From the human T2T-CHM13v2.0 reference genome, Homo sapiens: 64,000 bases of DNA. The position numbers were made by a program, and so were the translations under genes. Position 1 is the stretch's first letter; every line of letters begins with the position of its first letter. Under the pieces are notes generated by a model. It saw only the letters and a list, made by a program, of their open reading frames with translations, was not told the DNA's origin and did no database searches. Below are positions 15,191 through 32,000 of the stretch, in pieces. The stretch lies in NCBI RefSeq assembly GCF_009914755.1, contig NC_060927.1; one strand, written 5' to 3'.

Positions 15191-16407
15191 TGGGGGACCA
15201 AAAGGCCCTCTCTTTGAGGTCAAGACTATTTTCACGGTAACATTAAGACTTATTTGTCTTCCCTAATGTGTTGACATTGCACTGATGGTACAAAATCAAC
15301 AGTGTTTAAAACTGCTGGTGTCTTAGCATGAATCAGGGCAGTGACACCAAAGTGTACTGGTGGATGCTGCCTTATTCTGTCATGCACTCACTGTAAAAAA
15401 AAAAAAAAGCCAGTTTTACTTAATAATCTCCTTGATGAAGCAGTAAAAATAATTAACTTTATTAAATCTTAATCCTTGGGTAGATGTCTTTTTAATATTC
15501 TGAGTAACAAATTAGGACAAATGCATAAAACATTTCTGCTGTATATGATTGCCTCACTTGTGTGATGGTTTGAGGTAGGAAGCTGAATGGCTTTTTCATG
15601 GAACACCATTTTTACTGAAAAACTATGTTTATTCAGACCTAAGTATTTGGCAGTTATTTTCTTGAAAATGAATGAAGTAAGCCTGTTACTTTAAAGAAAA
15701 TCTTGACAGTATTTGTGCCAATTACAAAATTTCAGCTTTCAAGTGAAAATTAGAATTTTGAAAAACTTCTGTCTACCACAGGGAGCTTGACAGTTTCCCA
15801 ATACTTAAAGACTTTCTGATGAGATTGGTGGTGATAACAATGAATGTGGCTTTTTGATATTGTATAATGAAACGTGTCAACATTTGGAAAACCTGTGTAA
15901 CTCAGTGAACCAGGATTTTCCAAATGACCAATGCATAATGTTACCAAATCATGCATGGGTAAAAGATCCATTCAAACTGTGAAATAGACTGATAGAATTT
16001 AATGTAACATTGTAGAAAGTTTCACTGACATGGTTTGAAATAACACATTTCAACTAACTTTTAAAAGTCAAGTTTTGGTGTCATGGCAAAGAATAATATC
16101 CACGATTATCTGAAAAGGCGATTAAAACAGTCCTCCTATTTCCAGCTATATACCTGTGTGAGGCTGAATACTCTTCACATACTTCAGTCCAAACATTCTA
16201 TCACTACTGATTGAATGCAGGAGCACAAAGGAGAATCCAGCTGTCTTCAGCCAGACAGTGAAGAGATTTGCAAACAATAAGAACACCACTCTTCTCACCA
16301 TTTTGTTCTGGAAAACAGTTACTTTTCATTTTTAAAAGTATGTTAGAACACGTAATGGGCTTGTGACTATTTTCAAGTGAATTATAAATGATTTAAAAAA
16401 TGTTCTA

Positions 16408-16603
16408 AGCCGAGTGCAGTGGCTCATCCCTGTAACCCCAGCACTTTGGGAGGCTGAGGCAGGAGAATCATTTGACAAAGCGAGACCCCCATCTCTACAA
16501 AAAAATTTTAAAAAAGGTTGCAGTGAGCTGTGACTGTGCCACTACACTCCAGCCTGGGTGACAGTGAGACCCTGTCTCTGAAAAACAAAAACAGAAACAA
16601 AAA
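16408..16603 (+). mobile_element. Alu with internal deletions
   Basis: Left-arm start, A-rich linker, then a jump to ggttgcagtgagc. Confidence 0.85.
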
Positions 16604-18117
16604 GCTCTTTATAATTGTTAGGAGTCTAAAGAGGTCTGAGATTTAAAAAAAAAAAAAATCAGAACTGCTGGGGCAGGGTAACACCTAGACTGCTGAGCCA
16701 GACACTAGGGACCTGACACTACTTACTCTGTGCTGCCTTTGCAATCTTCCTTATCACCACTATCTCTTAAGTCCCCCTAGGTCCCAGCCTAACCATTTAC
16801 TTATTAATTTCTGCATGTACTCTGGACTTCTCAGCCTGACTTTGTGCATCCCATTCATTCCTCTACCTGGAACACATGTCCCCACCCGCTTAATCCGCCT
16901 GTTCTGGTGGTTAGTGGGTCAGGGCTATCCCCTCTTAGCACCAGGGCCTGTGGATGGAGGAACTCATTCAAACCCAACTACACAGTTTGTTTAAGGATAT
17001 GTTCTGCATATAGCCTTCAGGATCTGTTTATCTTCCTTAATTAGAATTCCTGGTGTGCAAAGGACCCAATTTTCCCTCTGTTTTATATTTTTACCATCTA
17101 AGGGCCAAGTGTGCTACCATAAACTTTATGGGATTTTTGTAAATATCAGCTGACAATTTCTGGTGATCTATGTGGGCTTTTATGATCCTGTGCAGACTAA
17201 TCAGAGTATTTAGTGCCCGCTGTGAGCATAACACTTAGCAGCAGGGAGAGGGGGTTAAGGAGGTGATCCTTGCTTAAGGACCCACACGGTGGTTGGAGAG
17301 ACAGGATTTATAGCCAAGAAGCAATCACACAAGACACAAGAATGTATGTCATCAAAGGGGAAGCCAGGTGCTGCAGGCCTTTAGGGAAGGGGAGGTGGGG
17401 GTGGGGGCACACGAGTGTCCATAGCAGCAGTAGCAATCAGAGAAGTCTTCTGGAGGAGGCAGAGACTTGACCGAGGCTTTTTCAATGGAGAGGGGTTAGT
17501 GAGAGGTCAGCAAGTCAACAAGGTAGGGATTCCTGGTCAGCGAATAAACAGGAGCCAAAGCAGAGAGTCAGAAATGAGCACAGCATGTTCACAGTCTAAT
17601 GAGACTGCTGACCACAGTTTAAAGTGAATGGTGCGAGATGATAAGGTTGAACGCTAGTCAGAGGAGTTTAGGTTGAATGTGGAAGGAAGGAGGAAGAAAA
17701 CATTTTTTGGTCAGGGAAGTGACATGGTGTGTTTTGAACAAGATGGATTATTTGTGGGAGGAAAAATGGAGAATGGGCATCTTGTGCATGACCTGGGGTG
17801 TGAGATGGTGAGGTTCTGGACTGGGCCATCAGCAAGGTTTTTTGAAATGCAGTGCACGCAGGTAATCATGTCTGGCATGCCAGCTCAGTGCGTTCAAGTG
17901 GGAGTGCTTTATAAATAAGGTCATGGAGATTAAGACCCCACAATAGTGTGTTAGCAACATAATTGGGTTGTAGCACATGTAGCTGATTTAGAGCTGAAAT
18001 CTTTTGTTTTAGCCTTTCCTCATGTCTTGTTGGCTCAGCTACTAAGTAATTGTGTGTGGTTTTGGGCGAGCTACTTAACTCCTCAGTGTCTTGGTTTTGT
18101 TGTCTGTAAAATGAGTT

Positions 18118-18405
18118 TTGTTTTTTTTTTTTTTTAGAGTTTTGCTCCGTTGCCCAAGCTGGAGTGCAGTGGCACAATCTCTGCTCACTGCAACCTCCAC
18201 CTCCCAGGTTGAAGTGATTCTTCTGCCTCAGCCACCCACGTAGCTGGGACTTAAGGTGCACGCCACCATCCCCAGCTAATTTTTGTAATTTTAGTAGAGA
18301 TGGGGTTTCACCATGTTGGCCAGGCTGGTCTCAAATTCATGGACTCAAGCCCGCCTTGGCCTTCCAAAGTGCTGGGATTATAGGCATGAGCCACTGAGCC
18401 TGGCC
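18118..18405 (-). mobile_element. AluS-like, inserted into a MIR (~18000-18500)
   Basis: Poly-T followed by antisense Alu; flanks aaaatgag; MIR ctgtaaaatgag...tacctcgtaggcttgttacgagaattaaatgag. Confidence 0.9.
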
Positions 18406-18700
18406 AAAATGAGGGTTTTATAGTACCTCGTAGGCTTGTTACGAGAATTAAATGAGTTAGTACATATAAAGTGCCTACCCTAGAACCTGGCACACAGGAA
18501 GCCTTTAAAAGATCTTATTATTTATTTATTCAGTAGTTTGCATTATCATGGGAATATAAATATTTAAATTACCCAATGGGCCAATGCATCTAGAGCTGTG
18601 CTGAATCAAGGCCCTCAAAAAAAAAAAATGCTTGCTGGAGACATCGCCAAGATGAGACTCATTCAGAAACTGGGATGGAATGTCAAAAACTCCAATTCAA

Positions 18701-18870
18701 GGCTGAGCAGTGGCTCATGCCCGTAATCCCAGCACGCTGGGAGGCTGCTGAGGCAGAACTGCTTGAAGCCAGGGCTTGCAGCTTACAGTGAACTATGATC
18801 ACACCACTGCACTCCAATCTGGGCAACATAGTGAGACCCTGTTTCTAAAAATAATTATTTAAAAAAAAAA
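18701..18870 (+). mobile_element. Alu monomer / deleted AluJ
   Basis: ggctgagcagtggctcatgcccgtaatcccagc...ccactgcactcca...gtgagaccctg. Confidence 0.8.
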
Positions 18871-19219
18871 CCCAAACCCTCCTGCAATACCATAAACTTG
18901 TTAAGATCTAACGCACAAAACCTGGAGACCGAAACCACAATTTAATCATGTCACTTTTGAGCTAAAACAACTTCACTGGCTCTCACTGCCAAGAAATTGA
19001 ATCTGGTCTTCTTAGCCAGCCAGCCTTCCTCCACAGATTTGGGTTGGCCTTTCCAGCCTCCTCCTCCTCTAGCCCAGGGGGTCTTTGCCTCAGCCACACT
19101 GTGCTCCTGCTCATTTTTAAACACACCCACCTTGCACTTCAGTCTCCCCTGTGCCTTTGCTCTTACCCCCAAAGCTCATTCCTCATACATCATTTATGCC
19201 CTGTAAAAGTAGTCACCTG

Positions 19220-19590
19220 TTTTTAATAGACTTTATTTTTTTTAAGAGCAGTTTTAGGTTTACAGAAAAATTTTGCAGCAAGGACAGAATTCCCACATAT
19301 TCTCTCCCCCAACAGTTTCTCCTATTAACATCTTGCATTAGTGAGCTACACTATATACACAGTTATAACACTGGTACACCCCAGTGTTATAATTGATGAA
19401 CCAATATTGTGGTACTACTATTAACAAAAGTCTATAGTTTGCATTAGGGTTTATGCTTTGTGGTGTACAGTCCAACGGGTTTTTGACAAACGCATAATGT
19501 CCTACGTCCATCATGGCAGTATCATAAAGAATAGCTTCACTGCCCTAGAATTCCCTGTATGCCACCTATTCATCCCTCTTTCTCCCGGTC
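19220..19590 (-). mobile_element. Old L1M (L1MC-like) 3' end
   Basis: ttttaagagcagttttaggtttacagaaaa...aattgatgaaccaatattg. Confidence 0.7.
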
Positions 19591-19736
19591 AGTTTTTAAG
19601 AATCAGTTCAAATGCCCTCTCTTCTGTGAAAACATCTCAGTTCCCTCAGTTACAATTAATCTGTCTGATGCTTGTATAGCGCTTTTTCATACTTGTTATA
19701 GCTGCTATGTTTGCATGGTATGAAAGAAGTATACAC

Positions 19737-20042
19737 GGCCGGGCGCGCGGTGGCTCACGGCTGTAATCCCAGCACTTTGGGAGGCCGAGGCAGGTGTATC
19801 ACCTGAGGTCAGGAGTTTGAGACCAGCCTGGCCAACACGGTGAAACCCCGTCTCTACTAAAAATACAAAAATTACCTGAGGGTGGTGGCGCGCGCCTGTA
19901 GTCCCACCTATTCAGGAGGCTGAGGCAGGAGAATCTCTCTTGAACTCAACAGGCAGAGGTTACAGTGAGCTGAAACTGCATCACTGCATTCCAGCCTGGA
20001 CAACAGAGTGAGCAAGACTCCGTCTCAAAAAAAAAAAAAAAG
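19737..20042 (+). mobile_element. AluS-like
   Basis: Full CpG-rich dimer; TSD aagtataca. Confidence 0.93.
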
Positions 20043-20193
20043 TATACAAACTTTTCTTCTGTCATTAGGTTGTCCTTGAGGAAGGAACTGTGCCATAGAT
20101 TTGTCCTGACATCTAGACCAGACCCTTATTCTTAACCGGTGCCTTATGAATGCTGGCTGCACTGAACTGAACAATGAGCAAATATGGTTCGGC

Positions 20194-21009
20194 TCAGTCA
20201 TCCACTAGATACAGTATTTTTCCCTCTAGACAGGAGCTGCTGTTTGCAAATCTCCCCCATTCCAAATCTGAGCCAGCAAAGGTATCATAAAACAAACTTG
20301 CTCAGGGAATTTTGTAGAAAAGGCCTCAAGAGGCAAGGCTTTAGACCAGGAGTTCTGAAAGTGACATGTGTACTTGTGAATTTCATACATGCTCCTTGGA
20401 TGGGCTAGTTTCTTTGGAGGGAACCGTCTTCTATTCCCTTCAGATTTTGGATCAGAAGCAGCCATAGGAGAGGTGGCCCAGGCCAGCTTTATATTGTTAC
20501 TAGACCGTAGGGCGATTTCTCGCCTCTCCAGTCTCCAAAAACAAAGCACAAAAAAGGACAAGAGCCTGGTTGTTTTCATCCTCACGGACCAGACACCCCC
20601 TCAGGAAGGCCTCTGGAGAGTCTTCTGTCTGGTCCCCAGTCTCTCTGCCCAGGTGCCCCCCAACAATTGAGGATGACTAGTGTGTTCTCTTTGGGTAAGG
20701 AGCACCTTCCCATAAACACTTATTTTTCTTAATTCACGCTGAGCTTTTACTTTATTTTCGCTTTAAAGTCACTGTTCTGAAACGTTCTAAAACGCCGTAG
20801 GAACATGCAGATAGGAACAAAAGCAAATAAATCGAATCCTGTGAAGTAACAAAGCAGACGCCCTTCTCCTAACAGGCAGCACAAAGCTAAATGAAAAATA
20901 TCAGTCATCCACTAGATAAAGTATTTTCCCCTTTAGACAGGAGCTGCCGTTTGCAAATCTCCCCCACCCTAAATCCAAGCCAGCGAAGGTATCAAAAAAT
21001 AAACTACTC
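20194..21009 (+). repeat. Dispersed direct duplication of ~110 bp (20194-20303 and 20901-21009)
   Basis: Hand alignment gives 88/100 identical positions with no gaps, starting tcagtcatccactagata. Confidence 0.93.
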
Positions 21010-21119
21010 CCTTCAGCTCCCAGACTGGAGGCAACAGTTTCAGCAGCACCGTCTATTTCCTTGAACAACACGAGCGGTTTGAAAGACCTTGGCTTTGACT
21101 TCCCTGTACCTGCCTCCAA

Positions 21120-23350
21120 ACACACGTGGGGGCGGGGTGGGGTGGGGGGAGATATTGCCCCCCATCCCCGTTGCCTTCCGCGACGCCAGGCCAGGCGCAG
21201 GGCAGGGGAGAAGATGGGGGGCGCCCTGGATTCGCGGTTCCAGCTGCAGGCAGTTACCTGGGGTAGTGAGTGCTCTCTACAGACCCGGGCTACCCCAACC
21301 CCCCCGATTCCAGAAAGGGCCGGAGAAAAGCAGGGGGCGCCTGCCCCGCTCCGGAGCAGCCAGGGAGCCCGGCCGAGCCTTGACGAGGATGAGCTCGGAG
21401 ACCGCAGCAGCTACCGCCCGCTAGCACCTGAGCTCCCAGGGGGCGGGGCCTCCTCCAGGTGTGCGCAGAGGAAGGCCGGCGCGGAGTCGGGGCCGGCGCG
21501 GGAGCCCGAGCTGTCCCCCAGCCCAGAAATGCGCGGGGAGGAGCGGTTCATCCGCACCCCAGCGCCGCGGGAGACACTGGCGCCGCCTGCCTCCTCCGGG
21601 TCCCGGGGGGAGAGCGCACCGTGCGGCGCGGAGGGGGTTAACCGGGCAGCCCGCCGCTGGAGCGCGCTTAACCCTTTGGAGCCCGCAGGTCAGCCGGGCC
21701 AGGCTGGGGTGGCGGCACCCCGAGTCCCACGCGACGGCCACCCCGAGCGCGCAAGTGGTGCCGGGCAGAACCGCGCGCCGGGCTGCAGACCCGCCGGGGC
21801 GCGGCGCGGCGCGGGCCGTGGGCGGCTCGGGGCGGGCGGAGGGCGGGGGACGGCGGCGGGCGCGCAGCGTCGCCAGGGCGAAGCCGGCGTGCGGCGCGGC
21901 GCGGCGGGCGCGGAGCGAGCGGGCGGGCGAGCGCCTCCGTCCCCGGATGTGAGCTCCGGCTGCCCGCGGTCCCGAGCCAGCGGCGGCGCGGGCGGCGGCG
22001 GCGGGCACCGGGCACCGCGGCGGGCGGGCAGACGGGCGGGCATGGGGGGAGCGCCGAGCGGCCCCGGCGGCCGGGCCGGCATCACCGCGGCGTCTCTCCG
22101 CTAGAGGAGGGGACAAGCCAGTTCTCCTTTGCAGCAAAAAATTACATGTATATATTATTAAGATAATATATACATTGGATTTTATTTTTTTAAAAAGTTT
22201 ATTTTGCTCCATTTTTGAAAAAGAGAGAGCTTGGGTGGCGAGCGGTTTTTTTTTAAAATCAATTATCCTTATTTTCTGTTATTTGTCCCCGTCCCTCCCC
22301 ACCCCCCTGCTGAAGCGAGAATAAGGGCAGGGACCGCGGCTCCTACCTCTTGGTGATCCCCTTCCCCATTCCGCCCCCGCCCCAACGCCCAGCACAGTGC
22401 CCTGCACACAGTAGTCGCTCAATAAATGTTCGTGGATGATGATGATGATGATGATGAAAAAAATGCAGCATCAACGGCAGCAGCAAGCGGACCACGCGAA
22501 CGGTGAGCAGCCAGAGCCCGGGCACCCGCTGCCAAATCCGATCCTGTCATGGTCCTCCAGCCCCCTCCCCCTTCCCCGCGGCGCTGGATGGGTTGAGGGG
22601 GTTGGAGAGGGTGCTGCCAGCTCGGTGTCGTCTACACAGAGAGGGGACATGCGTGACAGCCACTCCGCGCTCCCCTCCAGGCCCTGAATGTCAGAGTTAA
22701 TTCTGCATTTGTGGGGTGGGGGCGGCCGTGGAGTGTGTGGAGCGCGGTGCAGCCGGAGGGGCGGCGAGTCGGGGTGATTCGGGTTCAGTGTCCTCGGGCT
22801 CAACTTTCCTTCAACGCCCCCGAGCGATGGCAGGAGGGCCGCAAGTCTTCAGCCGGAGCCCCCTTGCCAGCCTCTTCTCGCCTTCCACTCCTCCCCCGCC
22901 CCCTCGTTGACTAGGAAGAAGGTCCCTGGTGGCATCCGGAAAATTCTAGGATTGCCCGGTTTCGCCCTCCGCGCCGGTGGGTGAAGCACACCCATCCCCT
23001 CGCGGGGGAGGCCCGGCCTCGGTATCGGGGAAAGGGGTTCGGGTGGAGCGTGCGTTCCCGCTCCCGTCGCCGGCTGTGCACACGTCGGTAACCTAGCAAT
23101 GCCCGGGGAGCCGCTGCCGCTGTGGGGCTCCCCTCCCCAGCTCTGGCCCGGGCACCACGTGCAGCTTCCACGCCGGCCGGGGCTGGGTCGAGGGAGGATG
23201 GAGCAGCTCCTGGCCAGCCCTCCCCTTTGGAGACCGCCAGTGCCCCCCAACCCCTGTCGGCTGGAAGCCTTTCCGGGTGAGCGCTCCCCTAGGGAGAAGC
23301 TTGACATGACTCGACTCGTCCCCGCTCCGATTGCCCGCCGCTCGCCCGCT
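21120..23350. promoter_or_regulatory. CACNA1D: CpG-island promoter of CACNA1D
   Basis: Very high GC and CpG density around exon 1, multiple GGGCGG boxes, ETS-like CCGGATGT at 21943-21950, no evident TATA box. The TSS cannot be fixed from sequence alone. Confidence 0.93.
22436..22502 (+). CDS. CACNA1D: Cav1.3 alpha-1D coding exon 1 ([23 protein letters not shown]), 67 nt
   Basis: Recognised Cav1.3 N-terminus; donor G|GTGAGC at 22502/22503; phase 1 joins exon 2 in frame. Confidence 0.98.
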
Positions 23351-24386
23351 TTGCCCTCTTCTCAGGCTTTCAGACCCGTGCTTGCTTTGACTCTTTACTT
23401 AGCAATAATTGGCTTTGCAAACGCCCATCTCTCTACCTTGCTGTCACCTCTCTCACTTCTGCTTCAGTGAGGAGACTGTGGCGGAAGGCGGCAGGTGCCT
23501 GGGAGATCTGCCTGGGAGATGGCCTGACCCAAAGCTGGCGGGGGCTTCGCATAGGGAGCCTCCTTGAGTTTCTGCCTTGTGTGCACCTGGATACCAACCT
23601 ACACGGAGATAATTCCCTCTTAGGCCTGGAGGCCCCTGGCATAATCCAGTCAGTCTATCCTAGGTGTAGGGGTGCAGGCTGACTGCCTTGTCTGTCTCTC
23701 TGGATGCTGGCTTGGCTGATGCTGCTGCAATTTAAAATGCAAAAAAGCCCTAAAGATGTTTTCTGTTTTCGGAAGCCTGTGGAGGAAATGAGTCCCAAGC
23801 ATCATGAATTTTCATTTGCAGGAAGTGTCAGTGCATAATCTAGATATTTGTTATGGGGTTTTTGGTATTGCCTGGGTGCCTATGGAAGATTTTTTTTCGG
23901 TACTGAAAAAAATGCATTTGTGGCTGTGGAAAGATGTTGGAGTAACACTCTGAAAATGATTAAGACTATTGAATTATTGGTACTGCCTTTTTTTTTCCCC
24001 TTGGTGATGGTGGTAGTTATGTTAGAGAAAAGCTGTTGTATGTATCTGTTACTCATTAGAGATAGATGGGTTTTACAAATCAGAGATGCGGAGTAAATGT
24101 GGGAATGACCTCAGTTTTGTCAGAAGAAATGCACTAAAAGACCCTTTGTGAAGACATGATGTGAAGGAGTACTAACCCCACTGGGTGTGATGCAGCGGTG
24201 ATCCTGTGTGATTGACACTGAGACCAGAGCTCGTGGACTTTTCTTGACTCTCCAGCTGACTAAAGCCCAGCTTGTGAAAAATAGCACATGAGATTCAAAA
24301 TGGAAACATAGGAGTGAATGATTCCCCTGTTATTGATGGGAGACAACCTTTGATTTTTTTCTCCTACCCACTGGATCCTCATTTAA

Positions 24387-29076
<4,690 letters not shown>

Positions 29077-32000
29077 TGAAGTTTATAGCTATGCATGTCG
29101 TGTTTCTTGGAGCTTTGCAACAGTGGTTTTTTGTTTGTTTGTTTGTTTTAACCTGTATTCTCAAATTTATACTGACTGAAAGTATTTAAAGTCATGAATC
29201 TTTTATAAATAGATATGGAATTTTTATGGAAGAGATTTGGAGCAGATTTTAAAATAACTGTTATCTCCACATAAGTTTTTGCTACCATTCTTTTCCTGAT
29301 AATATTAGCTTTTTTCTTTTCTTTTTTTTTTTTTGTTTTTAATCTAGTGTTCTTGGGAGTGGTGGGTACTTTGGTCAGTTGTTCTGGTAAGTAGAGAATT
29401 ATCGTAGACTTTGTACATGAACTATTTTTAGAGAAGTAGAATATAACAAAACTAATAAATCTACATAGAGCATAATTTGGAGAATAATACATGATATTAT
29501 TGAATACATGATATAATATTAAAGTTTCTACTCCACGTCCTATGAAATGCTCCAAGAGAAAATGATTGTATGGTTAAATAAATCAGGATGCTTCCATATA
29601 CTTTGCTGCCTTCTTAAAGATTTATAGTGCACATTAGCTTAGTAAAAGCTTTGGGAAGTTCTGCAGTTAAAAAACAGGTTTCCTTTTATTTAACTCAGCT
29701 AGTCCCTAAAAGTAATCAGTCATGAATTCTTTAAACATTTTTTTTTTTTTTTGGCAAAAGACTTTAACATCATGGAACCAGTGGTCCATGGAACTTCCTT
29801 TGGGAAAGGTTGATATAGTTTTTTTTTTAAAAAAAAAGCACTAAAGAGTACTAGACTGGGACTAGGATCTTGTCCCACTCACCTGTCAACTAGCTGTATT
29901 TGGGGTCATTTCTCATACCTTTCTGCATTGCTGTGCAGCCACCTGGCAATTAGGAGGATTGGGTAAGAAGATTGCTAGTATCGTTTTTACCTCTGACATT
30001 CTGCAATCTTTCTTTGATGATTCAGAAGCCATTTCAGGATTTTTCTGGTGCTGCAGCATCCTTCTTGCAAGGATTGGTTCTTTGCAATCAGAAGCCATGC
30101 AGAATGGGAGATGAAGGGGAGCCCATTCTGGATAACAGGAAACTCTATTGTTTTTCTTCTCTTCTCTTAGCTGGTTCCGTTTGTTTTTGGCTTCTCATGT
30201 TGAAGCTCTATTTTAGCAGGGCTGGATGTTCCTAACTGAGCGAGCGTTGTAAAGGCAAACACACTAGGCTCTCCCTTGTGTGGGAGAGCTCTGCTGGCTT
30301 CTGAAGATAGTGAAATTATGCTCTTGTGAATAAGCCTTAACGATTTATGTACAGGATTTCATGTTACATTTAAAATGTTGTGGCACATTTCAGATGTAAT
30401 GTGATGTCTATTTGTATGTGGGCTTTAGTAGTTTGATATCTAGAGAATTTTCTAAAAATTTTGGGAATTGATGCTGAAAATACAACTATAAATGGGAGTC
30501 GGATAACCACATAAACACTGGTAGTATATATTTGGACAATGCCAGAGATCATTTGTGTAACTTTGGACATTTTATGTAGCTTTTGATTTCTTTGTAGACA
30601 TGTGACATTAGATGATTGTTTTAAAGAAAAAGCAGAAGTGGTGGAAAGCCTCCCATCAATGGAGATAGATCATCGTAGTCTAGGCCACAGATGGTGTTAG
30701 CCTTGTTACCAAATTTAACGACGTGGATGGTGACCCAGATTGTTACTTTTCGTAGCTCAAGAGAACATGATTAAACAAACTTAGAAAATAAATACCTTTC
30801 AGAAAGGCAGATTAATTCAGATCAGTGGAATAATTAATGTAGCTGCATGTGTAAGCCAATTAATATTCTGAATTTTTCCCAGGGAAATTCAGGGCACTGA
30901 TATAGGCACTGTCAGACCATTTGGATTTCTCAGCTAAGAAGTCAGGAAATAAAATACAGGAAATGGATTAATCTTTCCCTTTTGCACCCCTTCTCCAGTG
31001 AATCTTTTCTTGACTATTCTTAAGCTTTGAACTTTTTTTTTTTTTTGTGGGGGGGGATTTGGCAGTGTGTTAATTTGGTGGGCCTTTCTAAAAGCCAACG
31101 TATATTCCTTTGACCTCTTCACATAGTATTCTGAAACTCATGGCATTCAACTTTGTGTCTTGCTTTCACTTGGGTGGTCACATGGCCAGATGAATTTTTA
31201 CTCTGCTTGACTCTTTAAATACTTCCTTTCCCACTGTGGGAAGGGAAGATCTTTGTGGATTTCCTTCTGACTCTAAGCAAGGTCCCATGCCATGTTGGTC
31301 CTCCCATGAGGGAGCTGGTTTTTTGTTTTTTTTTTTTAAATACATTTGACCCAATTTGTACTAGAGTGATTGCTCTATTTTTGGGATTGGTTTAGAGGCA
31401 GCTGAACGAAACTTATTTTTCATCTGTAGTAAATACCTTTCATTTAATGTGAATGGTAAAATCAAAGGGCAGACGCTGAAATGAGTTGCAAGGCTGCATG
31501 TATCTGGAAGCTGCTGGTTTTCTTTGCCTGATAGCTCCATGGGAAAGATGCATGTTGAGCGATAGAGTGAGATCCAGGGCCAGCTTTATGTATGATGTTT
31601 CTGCCTGTTACCAGTTACCTAGTAAAATTATGACTTTTTTTGGGGAAGAAACGTGGCCATCCCCATTGATCCAATGTGTCTTTGTTCTAGATAGTATGTA
31701 ACTCAGCTAGTTTTGGGATTTGGAGACTACCTTGGGGGGCAGAAGTTTTCCCAGGGATAGTTTTTGTTCTTTATTTTTTTAAAAATATAAACACTCTCAA
31801 GTTTCTCTGCAGCTTTCGTTTATGGACTTGCAGGGCTAGTGGAGGCTGGAGTCATGGAAACGGTGCAACTCAGTTCCCACAGTAATAGCCCTCCTAGTTC
31901 AGTCAATAGCAGTATTTCCTCAGTTCCACTTACTGAAAGCAAATACCATTGATTTTATTATTATTTTTTTTTTTAGCACAGAGGAGGGGAATGCCTCTGT

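Larger units (their letters stand above)
15005..16670. mobile_element. Charlie1a-like hAT DNA transposon containing MER53 and Alu insertions
   Basis: 5' end cagctgttttcaaagtgtggtctatggacccc; internal gaggtcaagactattttc...gttgacattgcactgatggt...aaaactgctgg; 3' end agaactgctg. Confidence 0.75.

Noticed and set aside
21061-22104. 347-aa ORF and several overlapping long ORFs on both strands in the CpG island
   Set aside because: Non-ATG start and low-complexity Gly/Ala/Arg/Pro content; stop-codon scarcity in GC-rich DNA explains the length. Only the last 20 codons are kept as a uORF candidate.
22421-22426. AATAAA just upstream of the start codon as a functional poly(A) signal
   Set aside because: Explained as part of the L2-like tail; it is close to the cap and to the exon 1 donor, where cleavage is normally suppressed.
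22343-22525. Minus-strand ORF with poly-His
   Set aside because: It is just the antisense reading of (ATG)7.
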